In this document: piece after piece, positions 1 to 10,913 of the stretch
Layout of the letters: every line of letters begins with the position of its first letter
Numbering within the stretch: the first letter of the stretch is position 1
Assembly: GCA_026023565.1 (NCBI GenBank)
Contig: JAPETS010000013.1
Span: forward strand, 1-64,000
DNA: 64,000 nucleotides
Reading direction: 5' to 3'
From: Cirrosporium novae-zelandiae
Taxonomy: Eukaryota
The notes under the pieces: model-generated
Told to the model about the DNA's origin: nothing
The model's database searches: none
The model's input: only the letters and a program-made list of their open reading frames with translations
Made by a program: the position numbers and the translations under genes

Positions 1-122
1 AACCCTAACCCTAACCCTAACCCTAACCCTAACCCTAACCCTAACCCTAACCCTAACCCTAACCCTAACCCTAACCCTAACCCTAACCCTAACCCTAACC
101 CTAACCCTAACCCTAACCCTAA
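1..122. repeat. Telomere, 20 copies of CCCTAA (TTAGGG-type), left chromosome end
   Basis: Perfect (CCCTAA)20 at 3-122 at the very start of the window, C-rich strand on +. Confidence 0.99.
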
Positions 123-525
123 ATATTAAAAATGATCGCTACGTCTAAAAATCAAAAACGGGGAAATAGCGTTACGTGGCGCCGATAGATTACCGAAAAA
201 GGAAAGACGTCAAATAAAAAAATTTATATAAAAAAATAGAAGGAAAGTTGGGAAAGGCCAGCTTTCAGTCTTGTATTATACAGGAGTACTATTATTTCAA
301 TATTACTACGATATAGGCACACTACCTATCCGCATCGCTACCTACACTATCAGAGCCCCAACCTTGACAGATTCTCGCTTGCCCTTATAACCCTCCGAAA
401 AAGAAACTAAACCAAATTGCTTTTGTTAGGGGGGGGGTTGTACAGAGGTAAGCGGGCATGCCCACTTACTCCACCATAATATATTGTAAGGTATTTTTTC
501 ATTAAATATAAAAACATTCATCTCT

Positions 526-2625
526 CTATACCGTACTAATATTATCAAACAGTTGGTTCCAATCATAATCGTAATTCTGGTTGATACCGCCCGCATCAAA
601 AACCGAAGCTGCGGACGTCCAATCAATGCCTAGCTCTGTCTCAGAAAAAGAAAAATGATCTGTCATTGAAGGGTTATTCAGACTAGGAAATTGAGTGAAA
701 GGTATATTGAAAAGGTTAGTGCTGAGCTCAATCGTGGGTGATGAAAATGGGTGTGCCTGTTGAGGCATGGGGATTTGATGTTGAAGATTATTCGGTGGTG
801 TTATTGTCCCAGGGCTGATGCGAATCTTCCCAAAATACGGAATCACTGCTGAGTAGCCTTCGGAAGCTGCGTACGTGCCTTGCCGGACCATGGAGAAATA
901 TTGGAGTAATTGCGCTGCTTGTGCCGCTACTGTGCATTCCATCGTTCTAGAGACGTGGTTTAGGGTTTTTGTAATGTCGTGGATGCGTTGCCAGTCTTCG
1001 GCCTCGACTTCCTGGTGATACAAATCACGCTGGGGGGAGGAAGGAGAAGAAAGAAGATTTATGACGAGGACCATTGCGGCGTTGAAGATTAGGAAGTCCA
1101 TGAGGTCGCATATAACATGGGTTGAGCCTGGCCCACCTCTGTTGGAGTTTCGAACCGTCTGGTAGCACCCGAGCATTTCTCTTGAGGCTTGTAGGGTGGA
1201 GATTCTGCTGTTCATAAACTCGCTGGAGAGTGAGGGCTTAAGCATATAAGGGAGGTGGAGGAATGTATGGAGCTGGTAATAGTGAAGCTTAATCACCTGC
1301 CGAGAATAGAGGACTGGGAAGGGCGTAGCGGGGGTTAGAATTGCATCCCACCAATCTAGAGGTATTTTGTTCCGCAACTGTTCTAATTCTTGTCCGATCT
1401 GCACAGTAACGGAATAGTCAACATTTTGACGGTTCTGGTTTCGATCAATTACATGACCAGTAATGATACTGAATTCATGCATCACCCATTCTTCAACGGA
1501 TTGTCCAGCGTGTTCCTTCGCAAGGCCAGGGTGTGATTCCGCTATTGCATACGGGAATCCCAAGATCAATGACAGGAGTCTATCGTTTTGCCAAGTCTGC
1601 GCCCATATCGCCTTGTGCCGCTTTTCTATATTATTTTCCGGACGATGCAGTCCCAGCAGTAAAGCAAAGTCCAAAGCGCGGCGGACACTAAGCCAAGCTT
1701 TCAGTGGTTTTCCCATGTTGATGTACAATTTTCCTTGTAGTGACAAACATTCCAAGCCCTCAATTGTTGCGCACGAGTTCTCGTCAACGGAAAGGAGAGA
1801 CTCTGCGCCATTCATATAGGAATCCACAAGAGCTTTTGGTGAAGAGAGCAGATCTGGATGTTGGTATTTACATTTAAAGTCCTCTGGAAGCTGCTGGACG
1901 CAAAGCGCGAGCCAGAGCACGGACTTTGCGACAACGGCAGGTCTCCCTGATTTGAACGAGTCGAGAATGAAATCCCTAGCGGAGGCTACTCCTAGTCCTT
2001 TGGGAGACACCGACCAGATAGGCCAGTACATCTCGGTGAGTTCGAAGATCAAAGTTAGATCGTTAAGGCTCGGTATCAGCACATTCAGAGCTTTGATACA
2101 AGTTTTAATTCGCTGATCTGTTGATGGCTCCAGTCCATCTCTGTCGGGCTCAACGTCATTCTTTTGAATTAGCATCGCATCTTTAAACAGGGTAAGCAAA
2201 GGCGCATCTTCGAATCGATCAGTCTGATTAGAGGATGTATTAACCATAGATGCATATTCTTCCGCTCTTGTTTCTAGGCTTGGTGTCGGTCGAAGGCGCT
2301 TAAGAGCTTCTGTCGCGCTCGTCTCAAAATCAGCCAAGCTTGATGACTCTATGTTCAAGTCAACGGCTTTGCAAATACGGCGGACCATGCCTTCCAGCTC
2401 TTCCAGTTTTTTTTGCACATTCGCTTGTGATCCTTTGTCCACATGCCCTTTACCCGTATGTCTTGGCTGTTGGGCCGTACATGGAGTGTCGTGCACGGCA
2501 CATTCTTGACAGACTCCGCTGTTTGGTCCAAAAATGCAGCGAACTTTGCGCCTCCGGCATTCTGCACAGCTTCGAGTGCCAATTCGCATGTGCTTGGGGG
2601 GACGGTCACTCTTCGGCGTGTTCAT
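526..2625 (-). CDS. Zn(II)2Cys6 transcription factor with fungal-specific TF middle domain, 699 aa, apparently intronless
   Basis: N-terminal CAECRRRKVRC-x8-CQEC-x6-C cluster, coiled coil (KKLEELEGMVRRI), middle-homology-type segment (ALLLGLHR...KAIWAQTWQNDRLLSLILGFP). Confidence 0.93.
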   Translation of the reverse strand: MNTPKSDRPPKHMRIGTRSCAECRRRKVRCIFGPNSGVCQECAVHDTPCTAQQPRHTGKGHVDKGSQANVQKKLEELEGMVRRICKAVDLNIESSSLADFETSATEALKRLRPTPSLETRAEEYASMVNTSSNQTDRFEDAPLLTLFKDAMLIQKNDVEPDRDGLEPSTDQRIKTCIKALNVLIPSLNDLTLIFELTEMYWPIWSVSPKGLGVASARDFILDSFKSGRPAVVAKSVLWLALCVQQLPEDFKCKYQHPDLLSSPKALVDSYMNGAESLLSVDENSCATIEGLECLSLQGKLYINMGKPLKAWLSVRRALDFALLLGLHRPENNIEKRHKAIWAQTWQNDRLLSLILGFPYAIAESHPGLAKEHAGQSVEEWVMHEFSIITGHVIDRNQNRQNVDYSVTVQIGQELEQLRNKIPLDWWDAILTPATPFPVLYSRQVIKLHYYQLHTFLHLPYMLKPSLSSEFMNSRISTLQASREMLGCYQTVRNSNRGGPGSTHVICDLMDFLIFNAAMVLVINLLSSPSSPQRDLYHQEVEAEDWQRIHDITKTLNHVSRTMECTVAAQAAQLLQYFSMVRQGTYAASEGYSAVIPYFGKIRISPGTITPPNNLQHQIPMPQQAHPFSSPTIELSTNLFNIPFTQFPSLNNPSMTDHFSFSETELGIDWTSAASVFDAGGINQNYDYDWNQLFDNISTV

Positions 2626-2860
2626 AGCTGTGGGAGAAGAGAAGATTTAGGTAAAATAGACGTTGACTGTTAGAGTTGAAGCTGAAATAATTGATGAGTA
2701 AGCGGGAGTCCTTCTTGCACGTATCTAACTTTACCTCATCTCACCCAGTTTCACTTGTATCGCTATCTACAACCATGGAAGGAAGAGGGGGAAATCCGGT
2801 CACCTTGCAAATCAGCTTCTTCACCTTTCCTCCTGTTATTTCGGATTACCCTATTTTCCC

Positions 2861-2940
2861 GTACTAATTCGCACCAATTCGCACCAATTCGCATTAACTC
2901 GCACCAACTCGCACCAATTCGGATGAATTCGGGCGAATTG
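2861..2940. repeat. 10-bp tandem array (consensus GCACCAATTC, 8 imperfect units) in the divergent promoter
   Basis: Units gtactaattc gcaccaattc gcaccaattc gcattaactc gcaccaactc gcaccaattc ggatgaattc gggcgaattg. Confidence 0.9.
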
Positions 2941-3203
2941 GAAATCAGCATCCAATACTATGGAAGATGAAGGACGAAAACACCCCCATGTCAGGTCTAT
3001 TATCTGCTTCTCTGGCTCTCCAGTTCAGACGAAGGTATATGAGTTATTAGAAATGTATAATTCCAACTCAGTCATGATGCAGTACTATAAAGGCACTCAG
3101 CTTCTCGTCTGTAACTGCCCATCAACATCAAGCTTATCTTCTCCTCATCTCAATCAAAAACAATACTATTATCGTTCCTCAATACCCTATTAGTTCAGCA
3201 AAC

Positions 3204-3851
3204 ATGAGTCTCGCAACCCAACTTTCCGCTGTTACCGAAAACTTCCAACAGGCCCCCGCAAGCATCAAAGAACCAATCATGGCTGCGACAGCAAATTTCA
3301 AGGCTTCGTACAAACCAGCCTCTGCCATTCAAGTCGGCGACACCCTTCCTGAGTTCTGCCTGAGTGACGCACTCGGCAAGGAGGTGACAAGCGCCAGTCT
3401 CCTCGCTCAAGGTCCATTGCTCATCACCTTCTACCGTGGCGAGTGGTGTCCGTTCTGCAACCTCGCATTGGCAGCTATGCAGAAACACCTTAGCGAATTT
3501 AAAGCCAAGGGTGTCACTTTGGTAGCCATTTCCCCAGAGCTTCCAAACCAATCCCTCTCGACGACTGAGAAAAACGCCCTCAAATTCCCCGTTCTCTCTG
3601 ATGTGGGTAATAAATTGGCCAAGCAGTTGGGGATTCTCTTTCCCCAGCCTGATACCTTGCGCCCTGTTTTCGAAATGATTGGTCACGATCTGAAAAAGCG
3701 TAACGGGGATGATTCATTCGAAGTTCCTGTCCCCGCTACTTTGTTGGTGGATCAGACAGGCGTTGTACGAAACACATTTGTGGATCCCGATTATACGAAA
3801 AGGCTTGAACCATCGGTGGCGCTAGAATGGATCAACGCATTGCAGGGTTAG
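3204..3851 (+). CDS. AhpC/TSA-family peroxiredoxin-like thioredoxin-fold protein (CxxC), 215 aa, intronless
   Basis: Motifs GDTLPEF, TFYRGEWCPFCN, LVAISPE, FPVLSD, VPVPATLLVD, DPDYTKRLEP; TATAAA at ~3086. Confidence 0.92.
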   Translation: MSLATQLSAVTENFQQAPASIKEPIMAATANFKASYKPASAIQVGDTLPEFCLSDALGKEVTSASLLAQGPLLITFYRGEWCPFCNLALAAMQKHLSEFKAKGVTLVAISPELPNQSLSTTEKNALKFPVLSDVGNKLAKQLGILFPQPDTLRPVFEMIGHDLKKRNGDDSFEVPVPATLLVDQTGVVRNTFVDPDYTKRLEPSVALEWINALQG

Positions 3852-4464
3852 GAAGTTGGCAGATTATGGAAAGGACATCTAGTAGTGGGAAGCATAGGGT
3901 CTAATTTTCCCAAAGGCTAAGCTTAGAGACAATCATTATAGAGCAGAAATAAAGTGGGCGGTTAGTTCTGCATATAGAAAGTTTTATATTTTATATATAA
4001 ACTAGAATCATAACTTTCCCCATCATGTCCCTAGTTTATAAATGAATTGTTTTAGAAAAGGTGGAAATAGATCGCCCGCGCTCCATATACAAAGATGCTG
4101 TGAATATAAGAATAACTTGACTAAACTAATCGCGTTAATGCAAACAAAGCAAACTCAAGCCCAAACGTAAAAGGTCTAGGGTGGTTCACATATTTGATAG
4201 CATTATCTATACCTTTCGATAAAAATAAAAACAAAAGCGACCAGACCCAGAAAAATGACCTTGGAGAGGCCATCAAACAACGCTCAAGGTACCCGTCGCG
4301 ATGTACCATTTATTCTCCGCCACCTTGTACATACTCGAGTACATCTACTCCCCACTCTTCAGTCCGCCATAAAAGACCCTTCATTTTCTCCTATAACCTC
4401 ACTTGCGTTAGCCCTTTCCTTATAATGGGAATGGATAATATATTGAATCATAAAATAGAAATTT

Positions 4465-5890
4465 TTACTGACCAATAGGGTTAGGAGCTGCCCTCATCAT
4501 AGTATTCTTTAGACAAGAGATAAGCCATGGTCGATATATATCAACCCCCCAATGATGTATTTCTCTTAATACGTTGAGAAGAGATATTATCTCAACATAG
4601 GATAGTGTACTAAAAGTATATATGGGTCCTCGGATAACCTGAGAATAATTAATTATATTTTCTTCGAGTAGATAAGGTCAAGTAACATACCACTTCATCG
4701 TGGGTGGGCTTGCTTGCAAAGTATAGCCTCCATTCATCCCCTTCAATACCCCACACCGGAATTGACATTGGCACGATCTCGTTCGCTTTCTCAAAGAAAG
4801 AGGTCTGGAACAACTCAGCCGATTTCGCGAATCCAGCAGCGCACCATGTTCCAAGTTGGATCCCTGGATCTTGACCGGAGTGTAATCGCTTAATCTCAAT
4901 GTTAGAAAATATAGGCCTACGGCGGAGCATTCGTTCGTTGGATTGATTAACGGAATCACAGTCGTAAGGGTATTGGACAATCACATCTTTGACGAAGTCC
5001 AGCTCGTCCTCCTTGGGGTCTAAGCAAAATGCGTAATTGACTTTCCTTGACTGAATGCGAATGCCTTTGTAAACTGGCAAAAGGTGAAGCTGATCGACTG
5101 AAATATGCTTTCTAAGTAAAAAGTAAGATCGTGGGTAATCAAGACAAAAACACGATAAGACTAACGTTGTGATAAGCTGGATATTGTTTCTCCGGCCAGC
5201 AAGACGTAAGGAGTAGTCAAGGATTTTATAAACAACCAAGTCACTCCAGCTTTCTTCGGGGCGTTCCTCGTTGAAGCACAAGCACGTAGCTTCCTGGATG
5301 GAACTCACGAATTTCCATAAGCTCTCGGAGATTTTAGGATCATCATCGACAAGATCATATCCTCGCAAGTTCGTCGTCCCTATCAACGTGGATGTTTCAA
5401 TAGCTTGCTGTGCCAGGGTTAGTTGAGTATCAAGAGCATAATTATATCATCTCACCTTTAGGCTGACCGGCAGTTCGTACCTAACCTGATCAAGACGAAG
5501 ACGGAGGGATATTTCATCGTTCGATGCATTTTCCAGACCGACAGTTTTATGTATCTTGGGGTAACTAGCATCCAGGTCTAGGTCTAGCCTGCGTTTTCTT
5601 GGGCTGCTGGGTCCACTCTTTCCACCACTACTAGTGGTATCTACGTGACTAGATTTTGTATCATAACGTTGGCTTCTATCCTGAGGTGGACCATTTCCAA
5701 GAGCACGACGTTTCGGAGGCAGGTCTGGTGGATCCATGTCTGATAGAGCACGCTTTCCGCCTAATTTGTGGTCTATGGTACTTAGTTTAGTTGAGGCTGA
5801 TGTATTTTGTGTGTTGGTAAATGGTTCAGAAGAATTTGGCAATGAAGAAAGCCAAAGCTTTATGGATGATAATGAACCTGGAGAAAGCAT
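4465..5890 (-). CDS. Fungal PD-(D/E)XK nuclease-like protein, 4 exons (5890-5456, 5407-5166, 5111-4691, 4638-4465)
   Basis: GT-AG introns of 48, 54 and 52 nt join ORFs 5447-5932 and 4649-5386 to a last exon (GPIYTFST...LREIHHWGVDIYRPW). Motifs EESWSDLV, SRKVNYAF, NIEIK, QLGTW, IEGDEWRLYF. The start ATG at 5890 is a best guess. Confidence 0.78.
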
Positions 5891-6646
5891 CTCGTTGTTT
5901 TCTGATCCAAGTTTAAAAGGTTGTGGTGACACAGTGCCTAATCAGGCAGTTGAGCAGAGGTTGTTAATTACCTGGGTACTGACGTAACTACCGTAACCAG
6001 AAATTTGAAAAAATTAGTTTTCAACAACAAAGCCTTGAAAACAAATTAATTGTAAATATATAACAATTGATTTTATTTAAAGGCCTCCTTAAAGTCACTT
6101 TTCTAGCTTTATTTTTTGGAGTCTGGTCGCTTTCGTTTGTACCCGTCGAAAGTAAACTCAGTCCTTTGTTAAAACAAAACAAAGCAAGCAAATATAGCGT
6201 AATAAACTAGCAGGTCAAATCATCTCAGAAGCCATGGAGATGGGACGTAAGCCAATGCACATCCAAACTACAAGTATATCTGCATCATTAATATTGTACT
6301 AATTCCTACCTAGCCGTGTAATTAAAGTATTGTCAAGGAACAAAAGAAAATGTACATCTTCTCAGCTGCTAGTCCGGGCTACACTCAACTACATTTACTT
6401 ATAGATTGATTGATACCAATGTAATATAATTAGGTACTGCATAATTAATACAATCATCAAATAATAAAGTGTATGAAATCCATAATTATATGTCTATCTC
6501 CCCCACCCCTAAATTCGTAGATGAAATAATTAATCTTGTACTACGCCATGTATAATCATGACTCCCTCTTCTTCAACTCCAGCTTCTGAAAAAACAAAAA
6601 CATAGGACTTATTCGTTGCTGTTGCTGGATCCGTTATTCCCTTCAT

Positions 6647-8056
6647 TCATATACCATCCAGCAAATCAGGCAAACATCTCCAAGCCCTCTCATTCTCCAT
6701 CAAATGCGTAAGCAACCCACTACCACAGACTCTCCTCAAGCCCTTCAATCTCATCAGCTTCCACCATTTGTCGATTGTGATAGCATTTGTGTATTTTTTG
6801 CTCTGTGTTCCCAACTTGACCTTCATCCTCGACCCGTAGGCTCGTCTCGGACCCGTTTTCTCGTCAGAGATCGCCGTCGAATAGGCGGGACCATGACGCG
6901 GATTTCTAACAGTCTCGAGAATATATTTAAAGGCTGTGTGGAGTTCTCTTCGGGCCTGTTTGGAGAGTGCGCGTGCGGGAGTGGTGGAGAGGTCTTCAAG
7001 AATTGTGGTGAGGTGATGGGTGTTGTGGTATGGATCATACCGTTTGACGAGTTTAGGACCATTGTTCCAGGCATCGTGGCCAGATAATTCTTCTGGATCC
7101 GAGTTTCCATTGGAGTATCGGTCGGAATATGTGTCTACTTCTTCGCCATCCTCGAGAGGGGTATAAGACTTCTCGTAGAGGAGGGCAACGGTTTCGCCAG
7201 CTGCAATCTGGATATTGGAATCGGCAGATTCAAGTTGATCTATGAGGGTTTCGATAGCCTCTTCAGATTCGGCCTCCATATCTTCGACTTCGGTGGCAAG
7301 AAAACCATATTCTTCGATGGCAGCGAGAACGACGGAAGCGGAATCATCTGCGGAAACAGATGCACCATCCGTAGAAACAATCTCCAGTAAGTAAGACATT
7401 ACGTCTAGAGCATCTTCTTCGCCGCTGGACGCGTTATGATAGGTCAAGGTAGCCAACGCATGAATGGCAGCGGCTTTTGCGAGTTCTGATTCTGAATGGC
7501 TGGCTGTGCGACGGACGAGAGGAAGAATATTGTCGAGAGACACAGGATCAGAGCAGGACAAAATTGTAAGAGCGAGGGCTTTCAGAGCAAGTATGGTTTC
7601 CTTCTCAGAACTCTCGCTTTTGATGCTCTTTCCAAAAGCAGCGATAAGATCAGATTTGTGTGGTCCAAGTTCATCGGATGCAACATTGGTGGCAAGTAGA
7701 TGAATGTAATTTTGTAGAGATTTTTCTCTACCTTCGATAGAGCTGCGCTTGCGATCGACAATTTCTTCGATAATAATCTCGAGAGTCTCGGACCAAGCAT
7801 CATTATTATCAGGCTCTTCGGCGAGGAGTAACTCGTCGAGCGAAGCCGAGTTAAAACTCCAAGTTGTTCCATCGCTGAGCTCGCCCTCCTCATCAGATCC
7901 CTGTCGACTTGGAGCTCTGGAGTTGGCTCTAGAATTTGCTCTGGAGTTGGTCTTGGAACCAGCGCGGGAATTTGGAAGTGAGGAATGTCGAGATTTTGCT
8001 TTGCGAGAAGTGGTTTTGCCGCTCTCCAGGAGCACTTGCTTTCGTAAATCGTGCAT
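6647..8056 (-). CDS. Interferon-related developmental regulator (IFRD) domain protein
   Basis: N-terminus MHDLRKQVLLESGKTTSRKA typical of fungal IFRD proteins, helical core with QIAAGETVALLYEK, C-terminal IDKWWKLMRL. Alternative in-frame ATG at 8068; a terminal intron cannot be excluded. Confidence 0.82.
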   Translation of the reverse strand: MHDLRKQVLLESGKTTSRKAKSRHSSLPNSRAGSKTNSRANSRANSRAPSRQGSDEEGELSDGTTWSFNSASLDELLLAEEPDNNDAWSETLEIIIEEIVDRKRSSIEGREKSLQNYIHLLATNVASDELGPHKSDLIAAFGKSIKSESSEKETILALKALALTILSCSDPVSLDNILPLVRRTASHSESELAKAAAIHALATLTYHNASSGEEDALDVMSYLLEIVSTDGASVSADDSASVVLAAIEEYGFLATEVEDMEAESEEAIETLIDQLESADSNIQIAAGETVALLYEKSYTPLEDGEEVDTYSDRYSNGNSDPEELSGHDAWNNGPKLVKRYDPYHNTHHLTTILEDLSTTPARALSKQARRELHTAFKYILETVRNPRHGPAYSTAISDEKTGPRRAYGSRMKVKLGTQSKKYTNAITIDKWWKLMRLKGLRRVCGSGLLTHLMENERAWRCLPDLLDGI

Positions 8057-9131
8057 TTTGACGATCATGATATTTGGATGTAAAGGATCAAAGGGTTCAA
8101 ATATGTGGTCTGACGAGGTGGGTGACGTGACCGACGTCAAAGTCTTGTTATTTCTTCTAGTATTTGTGCCTATCCTTGAGGTAGTAATGGTGGATGATGA
8201 TATGAAAAGGCCTCAGTTCGTAGTTCCATGAAGTGGATTGATAAGTGAATAGGCAGAAGGCCCATGTGACGGGAGAATGCAAGTTGGACGGATGTTGGAT
8301 CTAGGCACAAAGGCAGGGGGAGGGAAGGGGAGGTGCAGGATATTTAAATAGAGGACTTGTAGAGAGTACTCGGTCGAGAAATGGAAATACGATCTCGACT
8401 AGAAAATAGACTGTAAAGTATTTTTCACTATATCTATGATATCCGAGGCTTCGTTGTGTGTGGACGGGTTTGATTCGAAATCCAACTGAAGTCATTGTAT
8501 CATTTGTAGATTGTGGTGGGGGGTCCGATTACCCGACAACCCGAGCCCCAGGAGGAAATCACCAGTCATCGCTTCCCTATCACGCCTAGTCTAGTCTACT
8601 TTTTTTATACTCGAGTAATTACCAAGGATACACCTACGACATCATACATTGACTTGTCGATACCACAGTAAAGATACAGATAAATTCTTAATCCCTTCAC
8701 CCTAACATTCATTTACACGTCTTTTAATCACAAGTACCATATACATTTACCTCCGGTTCACGCATGCAATCCCCCAAAACACAAAAAGAAATACAAAACC
8801 CAAGTCTAATCTTTCCCCTAACAAACAATGCCGAGGAATAGAAATTTACCCTCCGTAAATGCTTGCTTCATGTTTCGTTTGCCTGTCAAGATAGACAAAC
8901 CTGTCACCCAAGGAAATTGATCATCCTGAAAAAATCTGAAAGGAGATAACGCCTGAAAATGCTGATATATCCTCTTCTCGATCCAACATCTTCCTCACAC
9001 TCTCTTTCACCAAACTAGACTACACTAAACCAGACACCTCTGCAAATGCAAAGGAAAGAATGGTAATAACCTAATTCATCTCCATCACCCCACATAAGAA
9101 GATACATGTCCAAGTTTATGCAATCATCTGA

Positions 9132-10913
9132 TCAATGTGTAGCTTCTGTGCTTGCTGTCCTTAATCCAGCCAGCGGACTCCTGCTTTGCGGTGGCATGGG
9201 GAGAGGGGCCGATGGTGGAGGAGCTGGCCGAATTGGGAGGCTCATAATTGAAGGGGGGTAGTTTGAGGATGGATGTTCTCGTCTTTCTGTTGGGTGAATC
9301 ATACTCGCACTGGAAGTTCGAGGGGGAAAGTGTGGACGATCCATGGTTGGAGGTGTTCGTCTTTCCCGTTCCCGTACTCGTTCTCTCTCCCGTTCCTTGT
9401 GGAGAGGCATAGTGCTAGATTTGACGATACCAATCGAACTTGGTTCTTGTGTGATTGTTGGATGAGGGTAATTGGTGGGTGGAGAAGAGATCTTTAAGCC
9501 CTCGCCTGCGATGGGGATCTCACCAGAAGTAGGTGTGTCTGTGTAGTTGGCAGTATGAGGTGTGTAGTTGCCTGTACGGGGAGTATAGTTGCTGGTGCTG
9601 GGCGTAATTGTTTTTTCGGTATTATCACTATTTGACGAGTGTGGAATAAACCCATCTACTTTAAGAGATGAAGGCGGCGGTGGTCCAAGGTGAGATTTGC
9701 GGTTATTACGCTCCATCATGCTTACAGCCCAAGCATGAAGGTCCACAGGAGTTCGTCGTGCAGCTTTGATGAACATATCGTTACTCTAAAAAGTCAGATG
9801 GTGTATAACCAAATTTCGCACATGGGGCTTACCAATAATTCTCTTGGACTTGGCCGTTGGTCTGGATTCTTCAGCAAACACTTGTCGACAAACTCATATA
9901 ATATAGGTGGGAATGCATCGCATTCTGGTAGTCTAGGAGCTGGTTCATGAACAATCTGTTGAAGAAGGTCAAGAATCCCCATGGGTCCGGAGCTAACACG
10001 TTCATCGGCGGTGGAGTCATTGGAGTCAAAGGGAAACTTGGCAAGAGCAAGTGTGAATACCGTCAACCCAAAGCTCCACACATCCGACTTGATGCTATAT
10101 TTTGCTCCTTGAATCCTTTCCGGTGCCATGTATGTTGATGTTCCTACAAATGTCTCTGCGATCGAGTTGACGATTTCGGCAGAGACACCAAAGTCGCAAA
10201 GTTTTATTTGACCACGAGAGTTCACCAGGACATTTGAAGGTTTTATATCTCGATGCATGATTCGATGTTCTTCATAGAGGTAGCATAGACCTTGAAGAAT
10301 TGCTTCGGATATTTTCCCAAGCACATCCACTCTAACAGGACCAAATTGTTTAAATATCCCTTCCAAGGACCTGTATCGTTGTTAGCCATATTCCAACTTG
10401 TACAGCATAAGATCCTTCTACCCAACATCCATATACTCCATACAAAAAACAATATCATGTGCTTCGTTGGCAAAAGCTCCATAGAAGGTGACGATATAAG
10501 GCGATTTGCACTCGTGTCCTATTTGTAGCTCTCTCAGTATTTGCTTGCGCACCTTCTCCTTGGCCTCGACTCGAATAATCTAACAGGACATCTTTAGCAT
10601 GTTCCTTCAAGGCAACTCTCGGTGTTGTTTGACCAACCTTTCTAGCCATTACAACGTTGGTCGACGCATGTTTGACCTTGCTCACAGTCCCACCATTCCC
10701 CGCACCTAGCTCTTTGATCAACACCAAATCTTCACTCTTGAGATCAAGCTTAAACTCCACCCCAATCTCCAGTGTATCTGCGGCACTTCCTTTGTCATCA
10801 TAAAAACTTGACTGGTTCTGGTTCAAAGATTTGGGAGGTGCAGCATTAAGCGCAAGACCTTTGACGTTCTTGCGCTTCATTGTCCGCACCTTGAAAGGTT
10901 GGTTATCCGACAT
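9132..10913 (-). CDS. STE7: MAP kinase kinase of the pheromone/Fus3-Kss1 pathway, 4 exons
   Basis: Docking site [57 protein letters not shown] introns 10580-10637, 10371-10421, 9786-9832 restore a continuous frame. Confidence 0.95.

Noticed and set aside
2861..2940. 10-bp array as a CRISPR-like array
   Set aside because: No spacers, unit far too short, eukaryotic context and no cas genes.
4125..6200. Short AACAAAGCAA matches near 4143 and 6178 as ends of an element carrying the nuclease-like gene
   Set aside because: Only about 10 bp of A-rich identity, expected by chance; no inverted termini seen.
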